Source: Thalassospira sp.
Lineage (GTDB): Bacteria > Pseudomonadota > Alphaproteobacteria > Rhodospirillales > Thalassospiraceae
Length of the DNA: 24,000 nucleotides
Direction of reading: 5' to 3'
Assembly: GCF_040218635.1 (NCBI RefSeq)
Contig: NZ_JAVJRB010000004.1
Span: forward strand, 67,716 to 91,715
The position numbers were made by a program, and so were the translations under genes. Positions 7,555 to 16,170 of this stretch are shown here, piece after piece (the first letter of the stretch is position 1; each line of letters starts with the position of its first letter). Under the pieces are notes generated by a model. It was not told the origin of the DNA. It did no database searches and saw nothing but the letters and a program-made list of their open reading frames with translations.

Positions 7555-8838
7555 ATGGAACGCAGTTTTCATTCGCTTCGCACAGCAAACGGCTGGTCAG
7601 TGGGTGACGCAGCTGCATGGTTTGGTGTATCAATACAGAAAGTCGAGCAGTGGGATGCAGGTAACGGCAAACCTGACGAGAGATATCTGCAAGACCTTGA
7701 AGATACCTTGATATACAAAAAGAATTTCAACCGGGGCCATCCGATGAGCGACTTTACCTTTATTGACCTGTTTGCGGGAATCGGCGGTGTCCGGCGGGGG
7801 TTTGAAGCGGCTGGTGGAAAATGCGTCTTTACCAGCGAATGGGATTTGTACGCGCAAAAAACGTACCGGGAAAACTTTCCGGACGACGACCACGAGATCG
7901 CAGGCGACATAACCCGGATAAAGGCAGAAGACATTCCCGCCCATGATGTTCTTCTTGCCGGGTTCCCGTGTCAGCCGTTCTCGATTGCCGGTGTGTCCAA
8001 GAAGAATGCGCTTGGGCGCGCACACGGTTTTATGGACAAAGCCCAGGGAACCCTGTTCTTCGATGTGCTGCGTATTCTCAAGCATCACAAGCCTGCGGCC
8101 TTTATGCTTGAAAATGTCAAAAACCTTAGAAGTCATAACAAGGGCGACACATTCAAGACCATCTTGGGCGCTCTGCGTGATGAGCTTGGCTATCATGTCC
8201 AGGCAAGGGTTATCGACGGAAAAGGTTACGTTCCGCAGCACCGTGAGCGTATTTTTATTGTAGGCTTTCGAGAGGATGTGGGCTTCGACTTTGAGGCTTG
8301 TGCGTTTCCGGATGCGACTTCGGGGCCGGTTATCAGCACTATTCTTCATGCCCCGCACGAGGAACCGGAAGATCAGTTCACGTTGCCACCGGAAGATGCT
8401 CTGTCAAATGTCGCGAGCGTTGTAAATCCGAAGTACACTTTATCGGACAAGCTCTGGAAGTACCTGTTCGATTATGCCGCAAAGCACAAGGCAAAGGGCA
8501 ACGGGTTCGGGTTTGGTCTTTGTGGCCCGAATGACAAGGCCAGAACGCTTTCTGCGCGCTACTACAAAGATGGAAGTGAAATTCTGATTGATCAGGGTGA
8601 AGGCAGGAACCCGCGCCGATTGACGCCGCGTGAATGTGCTCGTCTGATGGGGTTTGATGATGACAACTTTACAATGAAAATTCCCGTTTCTGATACTCGC
8701 GCATACAAACAGTTCGGAAATTCTGTTGTTGTGCCGGTGATCAAGGAGATTGCCCGCCAGATGAAGCCTTATGTTCTAAAGAGCCTGGAATCAGAGGGGC
8801 AGGTTATTCCAGGCGAAGAGACGGTCGCAGCAGAGTGA
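7555..8838 (+). CDS. DNA (cytosine-5) methyltransferase with N-terminal HTH-like extension
   Basis: m5C MTase motifs: FIDLFAGIGG (I), GFPCQPFSIAG (IV), ENVKNL (VI), GYVPQHRERIFIVGF (VIII), LTPRECARLMGF (IX), QFGNSVVVPVI (X). N-terminal RTANGWSVGDAAAWFGVSIQKVEQWDAG looks like an XRE-type HTH. The ATG at 7555 is preferred over the ORF start at 7522 because the latter overlaps the putative -10. Confidence 0.93.
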   Translation: MERSFHSLRTANGWSVGDAAAWFGVSIQKVEQWDAGNGKPDERYLQDLEDTLIYKKNFNRGHPMSDFTFIDLFAGIGGVRRGFEAAGGKCVFTSEWDLYAQKTYRENFPDDDHEIAGDITRIKAEDIPAHDVLLAGFPCQPFSIAGVSKKNALGRAHGFMDKAQGTLFFDVLRILKHHKPAAFMLENVKNLRSHNKGDTFKTILGALRDELGYHVQARVIDGKGYVPQHRERIFIVGFREDVGFDFEACAFPDATSGPVISTILHAPHEEPEDQFTLPPEDALSNVASVVNPKYTLSDKLWKYLFDYAAKHKAKGNGFGFGLCGPNDKARTLSARYYKDGSEILIDQGEGRNPRRLTPRECARLMGFDDDNFTMKIPVSDTRAYKQFGNSVVVPVIKEIARQMKPYVLKSLESEGQVIPGEETVAAE

Positions 8839-8842
8839 TTGT

Positions 8843-9295
8843 ATGACTGACATTGTATCGCCAGCAAAACGTAGCGAGATGATGTCAGGTATACGGGGCA
8901 AAAATACCAAACCTGAAATATTGGTGCGCAAGGCCTTGCACGCCAGAGGGTTTCGGTATCGTTTGCATGGAAGGCGGCTACCGGGAAAGCCGGACATCGT
9001 TCTTCCGAAATACAATGCTGTCATATTTGTCCATGGCTGTTTCTGGCACGGACATGATTGCCATTTGTTCAAGCTGCCCAGATCACGTACCGAATTCTGG
9101 CAAGAGAAGATCAAAAGCAATCGGGAGCGAGATGTTGAAATCCGCAAGTTGTTGCTGGACAACGGTTGGCGTGTAGCCGAAGTTTGGGAATGCTCTGTTA
9201 AAGGGAAATTGCGTATCGACTTGCCCGATTTGATTGTCCGGCTTGTCAACTGGCTTACCGGGGAAGAACCTGAACTGGAAGTGCGTGGGGGATAA
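8843..9295 (+). CDS. vsr: Very short patch repair (Vsr) mismatch endonuclease
   Basis: MTDIVSPAKRSEMMSGIRGKNTKPEILVRKALHARGFRYRLHGRRLPGKPDIVLPKYNAVIFVHGCFWHGHDC is the canonical Vsr signature. It starts 5 nt after the methyltransferase stop. Confidence 0.95.
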   Translation: MTDIVSPAKRSEMMSGIRGKNTKPEILVRKALHARGFRYRLHGRRLPGKPDIVLPKYNAVIFVHGCFWHGHDCHLFKLPRSRTEFWQEKIKSNRERDVEIRKLLLDNGWRVAEVWECSVKGKLRIDLPDLIVRLVNWLTGEEPELEVRGG

Positions 9296-10629
9296 TGTTT
9301 GAAGAAATTTCTGCGCTGATCGGTCGAATGGCGGAATGTGGCGCAAAGAGGTTCTATGCCAAGAGATTGGCTCCAAATGACAATTCGAAGAACCAGATTT
9401 ATCTGGGAGGTGACTTTTCAGCGCTTAACGTTATCCCGCATCAGGAAATTTATACAGATAGCGACGAGGTTTCGGGAAGCAAACGGGACAGGGCCAAAGC
9501 CGGAATTTTGTTTTCATGGATCGATGAAGCAGGCTTGTATGAAGCACCTAATGCTCAGTTGATTCTTTATCCGAAGTATCCCGAAGTCAGAATGTCCGGC
9601 TTTCTGAAGGGGTGCCGGAAAGCCCCGTCAAACATCCTTAAGGTCAGGGATGAAGGTCGCGTGATGTTCCTTGGTATCACCGATGCAGGCCGTGTTTTGG
9701 GCTATGCCGTTGATCAGGTGCATCCCTTGGCTAGAGAACTCGCATCTCACCCGGAAATCTCGGAGATCGGAGTTTTCCTGGAGATCCCGTCTCGCCCCGG
9801 CGCGGGAAGTTCCCGTACCCAGTTGCTGCGAAAGTTGAAGGAAATACACAGAAAGCAATGGATTCCGTCGCAGAAACTGGGGGCGGATGGAGAAGTTCAT
9901 TCTTATGTCGCGCGGAATGGTGGTGGCTATACTCTTGAAGCAGAATTGGGGATTGCTCCGAACGGGTATGCCGAACCCGATTATCTGGGTTGGGAGATCA
10001 AGCAATTCGGAGTGCGTGATTTTAGCAGATACCTTCCAAAGGGCCCTGTTACTCTTATGACTCCCGAGCCGTCTGGAGGAATTTACAAAGACCTCGGTGT
10101 GACTGCATTCCTGCGTTCTTATGGATACAAGGATAAAAACGGTGTTCCGGACAGGCTGAATTTCGGGGGGATATATTCTTGTGATAAACCGCCTCACAAG
10201 GATACGGGACTGCGCCTGGGGTTAATCGGGTATGATGTGGCCACCGAAAAAATAACAGACATTGAAGGTGGACTGGCTTTGTTTTCAAAGGGTGATGAAA
10301 TTGCCGCTCTCTGGAAGTTTGCTTCAATAATGGATCACTGGAACAGAAAGCACGCGCAAGCAGCTTATGTGCCTTCGATTTTCCGTCAGGGGCCACCGGC
10401 TTATGCTTACGGGGCAAAAATTCTGTTATGTGAGAAAACCGACTTTAACCTGTTTCTGAATGCGATTGCTTCCGGGGCGATATATTATGATCCGGCTATA
10501 AAAATGGAACAGATGTCGTCCTTGAGCCCGAAGATAAAACGAAGAAGTCAGTTTCGTGTGAAGCATCAGAGTCTGGCTGCGCTTTATCAGAACGCGGAAG
10601 AGGTCGATCTGGAAAAGTTCGAAGACTGA
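9295..10629 (+). CDS. MvaI/BcnI-family type II restriction endonuclease with long N-terminal extension
   Basis: Starts at TAATG overlapping the vsr stop. The C-terminal half carries EPDYLGWEIKQFG (PD-(D/E)xK-like D...ExK) and MTPEPSGGIYKDLGVTAFLRSYGY...RLNFGG...HKDTGLRLGLIGYD, which resemble MvaI/BcnI-family enzymes. 444 aa in total. Confidence 0.82.
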   Translation: MFEEISALIGRMAECGAKRFYAKRLAPNDNSKNQIYLGGDFSALNVIPHQEIYTDSDEVSGSKRDRAKAGILFSWIDEAGLYEAPNAQLILYPKYPEVRMSGFLKGCRKAPSNILKVRDEGRVMFLGITDAGRVLGYAVDQVHPLARELASHPEISEIGVFLEIPSRPGAGSSRTQLLRKLKEIHRKQWIPSQKLGADGEVHSYVARNGGGYTLEAELGIAPNGYAEPDYLGWEIKQFGVRDFSRYLPKGPVTLMTPEPSGGIYKDLGVTAFLRSYGYKDKNGVPDRLNFGGIYSCDKPPHKDTGLRLGLIGYDVATEKITDIEGGLALFSKGDEIAALWKFASIMDHWNRKHAQAAYVPSIFRQGPPAYAYGAKILLCEKTDFNLFLNAIASGAIYYDPAIKMEQMSSLSPKIKRRSQFRVKHQSLAALYQNAEEVDLEKFED

Positions 10630-10929
10630 GGCGGTTTTTCCGGCTCGACGCGCAATTGTGCGGGGCCTGTGTGCGTAAAACGCGGGGCTGTAACAAATAA
10701 CCCGTTTGACAAGCCGAATAAACTCTGCGCATTGTGTAGTTGATATTTGATCGCTCCAGAAGCGTAGACGGGATGCAAGTCCTTCCCTGTTGAGTGATTG
10801 ACGTAAGAACGCAATGAAGTATCCAGCTACGCGGGTGCTTCCAGAACTGCAAGGCGCAGACCTGATTACTAAAATTCACCGGGCGATAGCCCAGCTGTCT
10901 GCAGCCTCTAATTTACGAGTTACTCTTAT

Positions 10930-12723
10930 TTGACCCAGTTTTCCGAACTCGGCCTGGCCGAGCCGGTCCTTCGCGCACTAGCGCAAGAAGGATATGATGC
11001 GCCCACCCCTATTCAGGCGCAATCCATCCCGTCCCTGCTCCAAGGTAAGGACCTGCTTGGTATCGCTCAGACCGGTACCGGTAAGACGGCAGCATTCGCG
11101 TTGCCGATCCTAGATCGCCTCTCCAAAACCGAAGGTCGTACACCCAAGGGTGCCTGCCGTGTGCTGGTACTTGCACCGACGCGCGAACTTGCTGCGCAGA
11201 TCGGTGAAAGTTTCCGTGCCTATGGCCGCTTCCTGAATGTCCGCGTTGCCGTGGTCGTTGGTGGTGTTGCCCCGGGTCCCCAGATCAAAGCGATTAATCC
11301 AGGTGTCGAGGTGCTTGTCGCCACCCCTGGTCGTTTGCTTGATCATGTTGATAGTGGCAAGCTGAGCCTTAAGCATGTTGACGTCGTGGTTCTTGATGAA
11401 GCCGACCATATGCTTGACCTTGGCTTCCTGCCGCCAATCAAACGCATCATCAAAATGCTTCCGCGTAACCGTCAGAACCTGTTCTTCTCGGCAACCATGC
11501 CGGGGCAGATCGGTCAGCTGGCTGGTGATATGCTTTCTGATCCGGTCAAGGTGTCGGTAACCCCGGTTTCCACCACTCAGGAACGTGTCGAGCAGTCGGT
11601 TTATCTGATCGAGCGGACCCGCAAGCGTCAGCTTTTGGCTGAACTTCTTGATAATCCGGTTTTCAAACGCACCTTGGTCTTTACCCGGACCAAGCGTGGT
11701 GCCGATCGTGTTGCCCGTCATCTTGAGGCAAACAAGATCAGTGCAGCAGCCATTCACGGCAATAAAAGTCAGAACCAGCGCGAGCGCGCTCTGAACGCCT
11801 TTAAGGACGGTCAGATCGGTGTGCTTGTTGCAACCGATATCGCAGCACGCGGTATTGATGTTGATGCTGTGACTCACGTCGTGAATTTCGAACTTCCCAA
11901 CGTCCCGGAAAGCTATGTCCACCGTATCGGCCGTACGGCCCGTGGCGGTGCCAGCGGTTGCGCAATTGCATTCTGTGATGCCGAAGAACGTGGTTTGCTG
12001 CGCGATATCGAAAGAACAACCCGTCAGACGATCCCGGTAATTGATCGTCGCGATGCCAAGCTTGCTGCTGAGCAGGAAGCGCTGTCGGACGAGCCACGCG
12101 AAACCAACCGTGGACGTCGTTCCAGTGGTGGTCAGCCGCGCGGCAACGGTGGTCGCAACAATGGTGGCAATAATAATGGTCGTCGTGGTGGCGAAGGCAA
12201 CCGCAGCGCATCTGCTGGTCGGAATGACCGGGATGGCCGTGCTGCTGGTGGTCCGCGTCGCCCGGATGATGCCCGCAAACCTGCGGTGCGTCGTGACGTC
12301 GAAGTCAATGCCCGTTCGACTGAAAAGGCCGAGGTGAATCCGGCCCTGGAAAAATCGAAAAGCCGTTTTAAAGGCGGGATCAAATCCAAGCCGGAAAATG
12401 GTCGTGGCACCGGTGCCGGTAACGGCGCGGGTCAAGCAGATGGTCGCAAGCGCCCGACGAAACGTGTGGATTCCAATGGAAACCGCCGCGACGGTGTGCA
12501 AGGTGACAATTCAATTTCTTCCGGTCTTTCCTTTATGGGAAGCACCGAGGAACGCCGCGCGAATGGCAACGGGGGCAATGCCGCCCGGACCGCCAGACCG
12601 CAAGGCAAGCGCGGCGGTGCGAACCGCAATCGCAATCAACGTGGTCCACAACCTGGCGGGCAGCCGGGTGGGGCGGGCCGCGATACATCTTCCGGTAATC
12701 AGAGAAAGCGTGACCACGCCTGA
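10930..12723 (+). CDS. DEAD-box ATP-dependent RNA helicase (RhlE-like)
   Basis: Motifs: Q motif FSELGLAEPVLRAL...PTPIQAQSIP, AQTGTGKTAAF, PTRELAAQI, VLDEADHMLD, SATMP, VFTRTKRGADRV, ATDIAARGID, HRIGRTAR. Low-complexity Gly/Arg/Asn-rich C-terminus. The only start in frame after the upstream stop at 10909 is the TTG at 10930. Confidence 0.93.
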   Translation: MTQFSELGLAEPVLRALAQEGYDAPTPIQAQSIPSLLQGKDLLGIAQTGTGKTAAFALPILDRLSKTEGRTPKGACRVLVLAPTRELAAQIGESFRAYGRFLNVRVAVVVGGVAPGPQIKAINPGVEVLVATPGRLLDHVDSGKLSLKHVDVVVLDEADHMLDLGFLPPIKRIIKMLPRNRQNLFFSATMPGQIGQLAGDMLSDPVKVSVTPVSTTQERVEQSVYLIERTRKRQLLAELLDNPVFKRTLVFTRTKRGADRVARHLEANKISAAAIHGNKSQNQRERALNAFKDGQIGVLVATDIAARGIDVDAVTHVVNFELPNVPESYVHRIGRTARGGASGCAIAFCDAEERGLLRDIERTTRQTIPVIDRRDAKLAAEQEALSDEPRETNRGRRSSGGQPRGNGGRNNGGNNNGRRGGEGNRSASAGRNDRDGRAAGGPRRPDDARKPAVRRDVEVNARSTEKAEVNPALEKSKSRFKGGIKSKPENGRGTGAGNGAGQADGRKRPTKRVDSNGNRRDGVQGDNSISSGLSFMGSTEERRANGNGGNAARTARPQGKRGGANRNRNQRGPQPGGQPGGAGRDTSSGNQRKRDHA

Positions 12724-12803
12724 TTTGATTACCGAACACAAATAGGCCCACCCACACGGGGTGTGTCGTAACGCCAATCAATACTCGATAAGGAGATTTA
12801 AAG

Positions 12804-13013
12804 ATGGCAACTGGTACAGTTAAATGGTTCAACGCAACTAAAGGTTTTGGTTTCATTCAGCCTGACGAAGGCGGAAATGACGTATTCCTGCACATCAGCG
12901 CTGTTGAACGCGCTGGTATGGGTCACCCACAGGAAGGCGACAAAATCAATTACGAACTGCGTACCGACTCACGTTCGGGCCGCGTTTCGGCTGACGACCT
13001 GACTGCTGCTTAA
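12804..13013 (+). CDS. Cold-shock domain protein (CspA family)
   Basis: MATGTVKWFNATKGFGFIQPDEGGNDVFLHISAVERAG with RNP1/RNP2 motifs and an AAGGAG ribosome-binding site upstream. Confidence 0.96.
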   Translation: MATGTVKWFNATKGFGFIQPDEGGNDVFLHISAVERAGMGHPQEGDKINYELRTDSRSGRVSADDLTAA

Positions 13014-13053
13014 TTCGGCTTGTCGTTCTTTTTGAACGGCACCGTATTATACG

Positions 13054-13090
13054 AAACCCCCATCCGCGAAAGCGGGTGGGGGTTTTGTGT
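13054..13090 (+). terminator. Rho-independent terminator of the cold-shock gene
   Basis: AAACCCCCATCCGC-GAAA-GCGGGTGGGGGTTT hairpin followed by TGTGTTTT. Confidence 0.85.
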
Positions 13091-13144
13091 TTTCGCCCGA
13101 AGCTGTCGCCATGGTTGCGGGTGATGGCATATGTGGTCCTGGTC

Positions 13145-13822
13145 CTAGGGCCGCAAGAAAGCGATCTTGGCACGGGTCGCGGCACTTAGAACATGGAAAT
13201 GCATGGCATCGCGGGCACCTGACGGGTTGTGGTCGCGGATATAGCGCAAGACCTGTTCATGTTCGGAGAGCGGGGCGGCAATCGCATTTGCATTGGCAAA
13301 GGGCAGCATCTGATTTTCATGAATGATCTGGGCTGCCGGATGCATGGCATCGGCAAACATCGGGTTGCCAGATGCCAATAGAAGAACTTCATGAAATTCC
13401 GTATCGGCCATGGCAGCCGCGATCAAATCATCGGCCTCAAGGGCGGCACGCATGTCATTGATGCTGTTTGCAAGTGTCTCAAGATGTTCTGCATTGCGCA
13501 TCTGGGCGGCAAGCCCTGCGACATAGGGTTCAATCGCCAGACGGAACTGATAGACCTGTGCCGCATGACGGTTGCGGTCCTGATCCATCGGTGTGTGAAT
13601 TTGGCGATCGGTGATGTATACGCCTTTGCCTGCATGGATATGGACAATGCCAAGGGCCTCAAGTGTGGCCAATGCTTCGCGCAGGCTGGTGCGGCTAATG
13701 CCAAGCTCGTTGGCGAGGCTGCGCTGAGGAGGTAGCGAGTCACCAGCGCCTAGCCCCTTGTTTTTTATCAAATTTCGAATGTCTCGCGCGGCGCGTTCTG
13801 GCGCGGTTTCGCTGCGTGTCAT
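13145..13822 (-). CDS. GntR family (FadR subfamily) transcriptional regulator
   Basis: wHTH DIRNLIKNKGLGAGDSLPPQRSLANELGISRTSLREALATLEALGIVHIHAGKGVYI plus an FCD-like C-terminal domain (EFHEVLLLASGNPMF...HFHVLSAA). Confidence 0.92.
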   Translation of the reverse strand: MTRSETAPERAARDIRNLIKNKGLGAGDSLPPQRSLANELGISRTSLREALATLEALGIVHIHAGKGVYITDRQIHTPMDQDRNRHAAQVYQFRLAIEPYVAGLAAQMRNAEHLETLANSINDMRAALEADDLIAAAMADTEFHEVLLLASGNPMFADAMHPAAQIIHENQMLPFANANAIAAPLSEHEQVLRYIRDHNPSGARDAMHFHVLSAATRAKIAFLRP

Positions 13823-13836
13823 CTGCGTTCCTTATT

Positions 13837-13849
13837 CTGGTCAGACCAG
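13837..13849. promoter_or_regulatory. Candidate FadR-family operator
   Basis: Perfect palindrome CTGGTC-A-GACCAG. Its core TGGTCAGACCA matches the FadR-subfamily consensus TNGTNNNACNA, and it lies about 15 bp upstream of the regulator start. Confidence 0.65.
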
Positions 13850-14023
13850 TGAGGGGCGGGCGTGTATCCCGAAATTCCCTAGGTTCTGCCAGTTATGATT
13901 GCTCGGTGAGTTGAATTTACGCTTAGGAAAAAAATATTCATAGACAAAAGATCAAAAAATATGCAGCCTTCGTGTCAGGTTAAAAAAAGTGCATTAAACT
14001 CTTAGCAAAACGGGTAGAGGCTC

Positions 14024-14806
14024 ATGAAACAATTCTTCAAAACCGCAATTGCGGCTGTGGCGATGCTTGCCGCACCACTTGGTGCAGCGTCAGCCGGTGC
14101 TTTGGATACGATTGCCGAAGCAGGTGTCTTAAAGGTCGCCGTGCCGCAGGACTTTCCGCCATTTGGATCGGTCGGGACCGATATGCAGCCAAAGGGCTAT
14201 GACATCGATATGGCAGCGCTGATTGCGGAAGAACTTGGTGTGAAGCTTGAGCTGGTGCCGGTTGCATCCAGCAACCGCATTCCGTATTTGACCACCGGCA
14301 AGGTTGATCTGGTGATTTCCAGCCTTGGCAAAAACCCGGACCGTGAAAAGGTGATTGATTTCAGTGATCCATACGCCCCGTTCTATAACGGCGTGTTTGG
14401 CCCGGCGGATTTTTCGGTTGAAAAGGCGGCTGATCTTGCGGGTATGTCGGTTGGTGTCACCCGTGGTGCCATCGAAGACCTTGAGCTGACCAAAATTGCC
14501 CCGTCTGATGTTGATATCAAACGCTATGAAGACAATAACGGCACGATTTCGGCTTTCCTGTCCGGTCAGGTTGACCTGATTGCCACGGGCAATGTAACGG
14601 CGGCTGCGATTATTGAACGTGATCCGCCGCGCAAACCGGAACCGAAATTCCTGATCAAAAATTCGCCATGCTATGTCGGTTTGAACAAGGAAGAACCGGA
14701 ATTCATGGCAAAGGTCAACGAGATCATTGCCGCATCCATGGCCGATGGTCGCTTGAATGCGATTGCCGAAAAATGGCTTGGCATTCCGCTTCCGGCGGAA
14801 CTTTAA
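14024..14806 (+). CDS. Polar amino acid ABC transporter substrate-binding protein
   Basis: Signal peptide MKQFFKTAIAAVAMLAAPLGAASAGA, then GVLKVAVPQDFPPFGSVGTDMQPKGYDIDMAALIAEELGVKLELVPV (SBP family 3). Confidence 0.92.
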   Translation: MKQFFKTAIAAVAMLAAPLGAASAGALDTIAEAGVLKVAVPQDFPPFGSVGTDMQPKGYDIDMAALIAEELGVKLELVPVASSNRIPYLTTGKVDLVISSLGKNPDREKVIDFSDPYAPFYNGVFGPADFSVEKAADLAGMSVGVTRGAIEDLELTKIAPSDVDIKRYEDNNGTISAFLSGQVDLIATGNVTAAAIIERDPPRKPEPKFLIKNSPCYVGLNKEEPEFMAKVNEIIAASMADGRLNAIAEKWLGIPLPAEL

Positions 14807-14852
14807 GCCCCTTTGACGGACTTGCCGGAATTGACGGGATTGTTGCAGATCA

Positions 14853-15524
14853 ATGGCATATAAATTTGACTTCGGCGCCATCGTGCCACATTGGGAATTG
14901 CTGTTTGACGGGGTTATTTTAACCACACAGCTGACAGTTATCGGTGCGGTGGTTGGTGTCGGGTTCGGAATCCTGGGCGCGTGGGCACGGGCATCACGCG
15001 CCCCGGTAATCAGTCCGATTGTCGGGATCTATGTCGAGCTGATCCGCAACACCCCGTTTCTGGTTCAACTGTTCTTTATCTTCTTCGGGCTTCCGGCACT
15101 TGGCGTCAAACTGACGGAATTTCAGGCTGCGGTTTTGGCGATGATTGTCAATCTGGGGGCCTATTCGACCGAGATTGTCCGGGCCGGTATTCAGGCCATC
15201 CCGCAAGGTCAAATTGAAGCGGCCCAGACGCTTGCGATGAACCGGGTTCAGATTTTCCGTTATGTGGTGATCTTGCCGGCGTTGCAGAAAATCTGGCCGG
15301 CACTTTCCAGTCAGATTGTGATTGTCATGCTTGGATCATCGGTTTGTTCGCAGATCGCGGCCGAGGAGCTGACCTTTGGGGCGAACTATATTCAGGCCCT
15401 TAATTTCCGGGCGTTTGAAGTTTATTTCGTCGTCACGGCACTTTATCTGGTGATGTCGATTTTGCTGCGTATGGGGTTAAAGGTTTTGGGCAACTTCCTG
15501 TTTGAACGGCGGCGTCATGTCTGA
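14853..15524 (+). CDS. Amino acid ABC transporter permease
   Basis: His/Glu/Gln-type permease: YVELIRNTPFLVQLFFIFFGLPALG...GAYSTEIVRAGIQAIPQGQIEAAQTL. Confidence 0.93.
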   Translation: MAYKFDFGAIVPHWELLFDGVILTTQLTVIGAVVGVGFGILGAWARASRAPVISPIVGIYVELIRNTPFLVQLFFIFFGLPALGVKLTEFQAAVLAMIVNLGAYSTEIVRAGIQAIPQGQIEAAQTLAMNRVQIFRYVVILPALQKIWPALSSQIVIVMLGSSVCSQIAAEELTFGANYIQALNFRAFEVYFVVTALYLVMSILLRMGLKVLGNFLFERRRHV

Positions 15525-16170
15525 GTTTTCATTGTGGGATATTGTCTATAACTTGCTGCTTGCCGGGCGCTGGACTGTTTTGCTGTCGCTGAGCGCCTTT
15601 GTTCTGGGGGGCTTGGTCGGTGTGGTGCTTTTGATGTTGCGCACGGCGGGCAACCCATGGGTGATCCGGCTTGTGCGCGGCTATGTCGAACTGTTTCAGG
15701 GCACGCCGCTTTTGATGCAGCTTTTCATCGTGTTCTTTGGCCTGCCTTTGATCGGGATTGATGTGTCGCCCTGGACGGCGGCGATCCTTGGCCTGACGCT
15801 GTTTACCAGTGCGTTTCTGACCGAAATCTGGCGCGGATGTGTTGAATCGATTGGCAAAGGCCAATGGGAAGCATCGGCCAGTCTTGGCATGGGGTTCACC
15901 CAACAGATGCGTTACATCATTCTGCCGCAGGCCTTGCGGATTGCGGTTCCGCCAACGGTTGGTTTTTCCGTGCAGGTGGTCAAGGGAACGGCCGTGGCAT
16001 CGATTATCGGTTTTGTCGAACTGACCAAGGCCGGCACCATGATCACCAACGCGACCTATGCGCCGTTTACCGTCTATGGCTGTGTCGCGGTGATGTATTT
16101 CCTGATTTGTTATCCGCTGTCGCTTTTTGCCGGTCATCTGGAAGGGAAGTTCCGTCATGCCGCTCGTTGA
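15517..16170 (+). CDS. Amino acid ABC transporter permease
   Basis: YVELFQGTPLLMQLFIVFFGLPL...SAFLTEIWRGCVESIGKGQWEASASLGM. The ATG at 15517 overlaps the upstream stop by 8 nt. Confidence 0.93.
   Translation: MSEFSLWDIVYNLLLAGRWTVLLSLSAFVLGGLVGVVLLMLRTAGNPWVIRLVRGYVELFQGTPLLMQLFIVFFGLPLIGIDVSPWTAAILGLTLFTSAFLTEIWRGCVESIGKGQWEASASLGMGFTQQMRYIILPQALRIAVPPTVGFSVQVVKGTAVASIIGFVELTKAGTMITNATYAPFTVYGCVAVMYFLICYPLSLFAGHLEGKFRHAAR

Noticed and set aside
10496-10879. 127-aa minus-strand ORF spanning the endonuclease 3' end and the intergenic region
   Set aside because: Low-quality composition, no motif, and partial overlap with the real endonuclease. The intergenic region is better regarded as non-coding.
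7420-10930. Transposon or integrated element carrying the R-M genes
   Set aside because: I saw no transposase, integrase, att-like direct repeats or matching terminal repeats. The inverted repeat at 7468-7538 is present only on the left side.
11110-12501. 463-aa minus-strand ORF opposite the DEAD-box helicase
   Set aside because: The Thr/Ile-rich translation is the antisense of helicase motifs, with no independent support.
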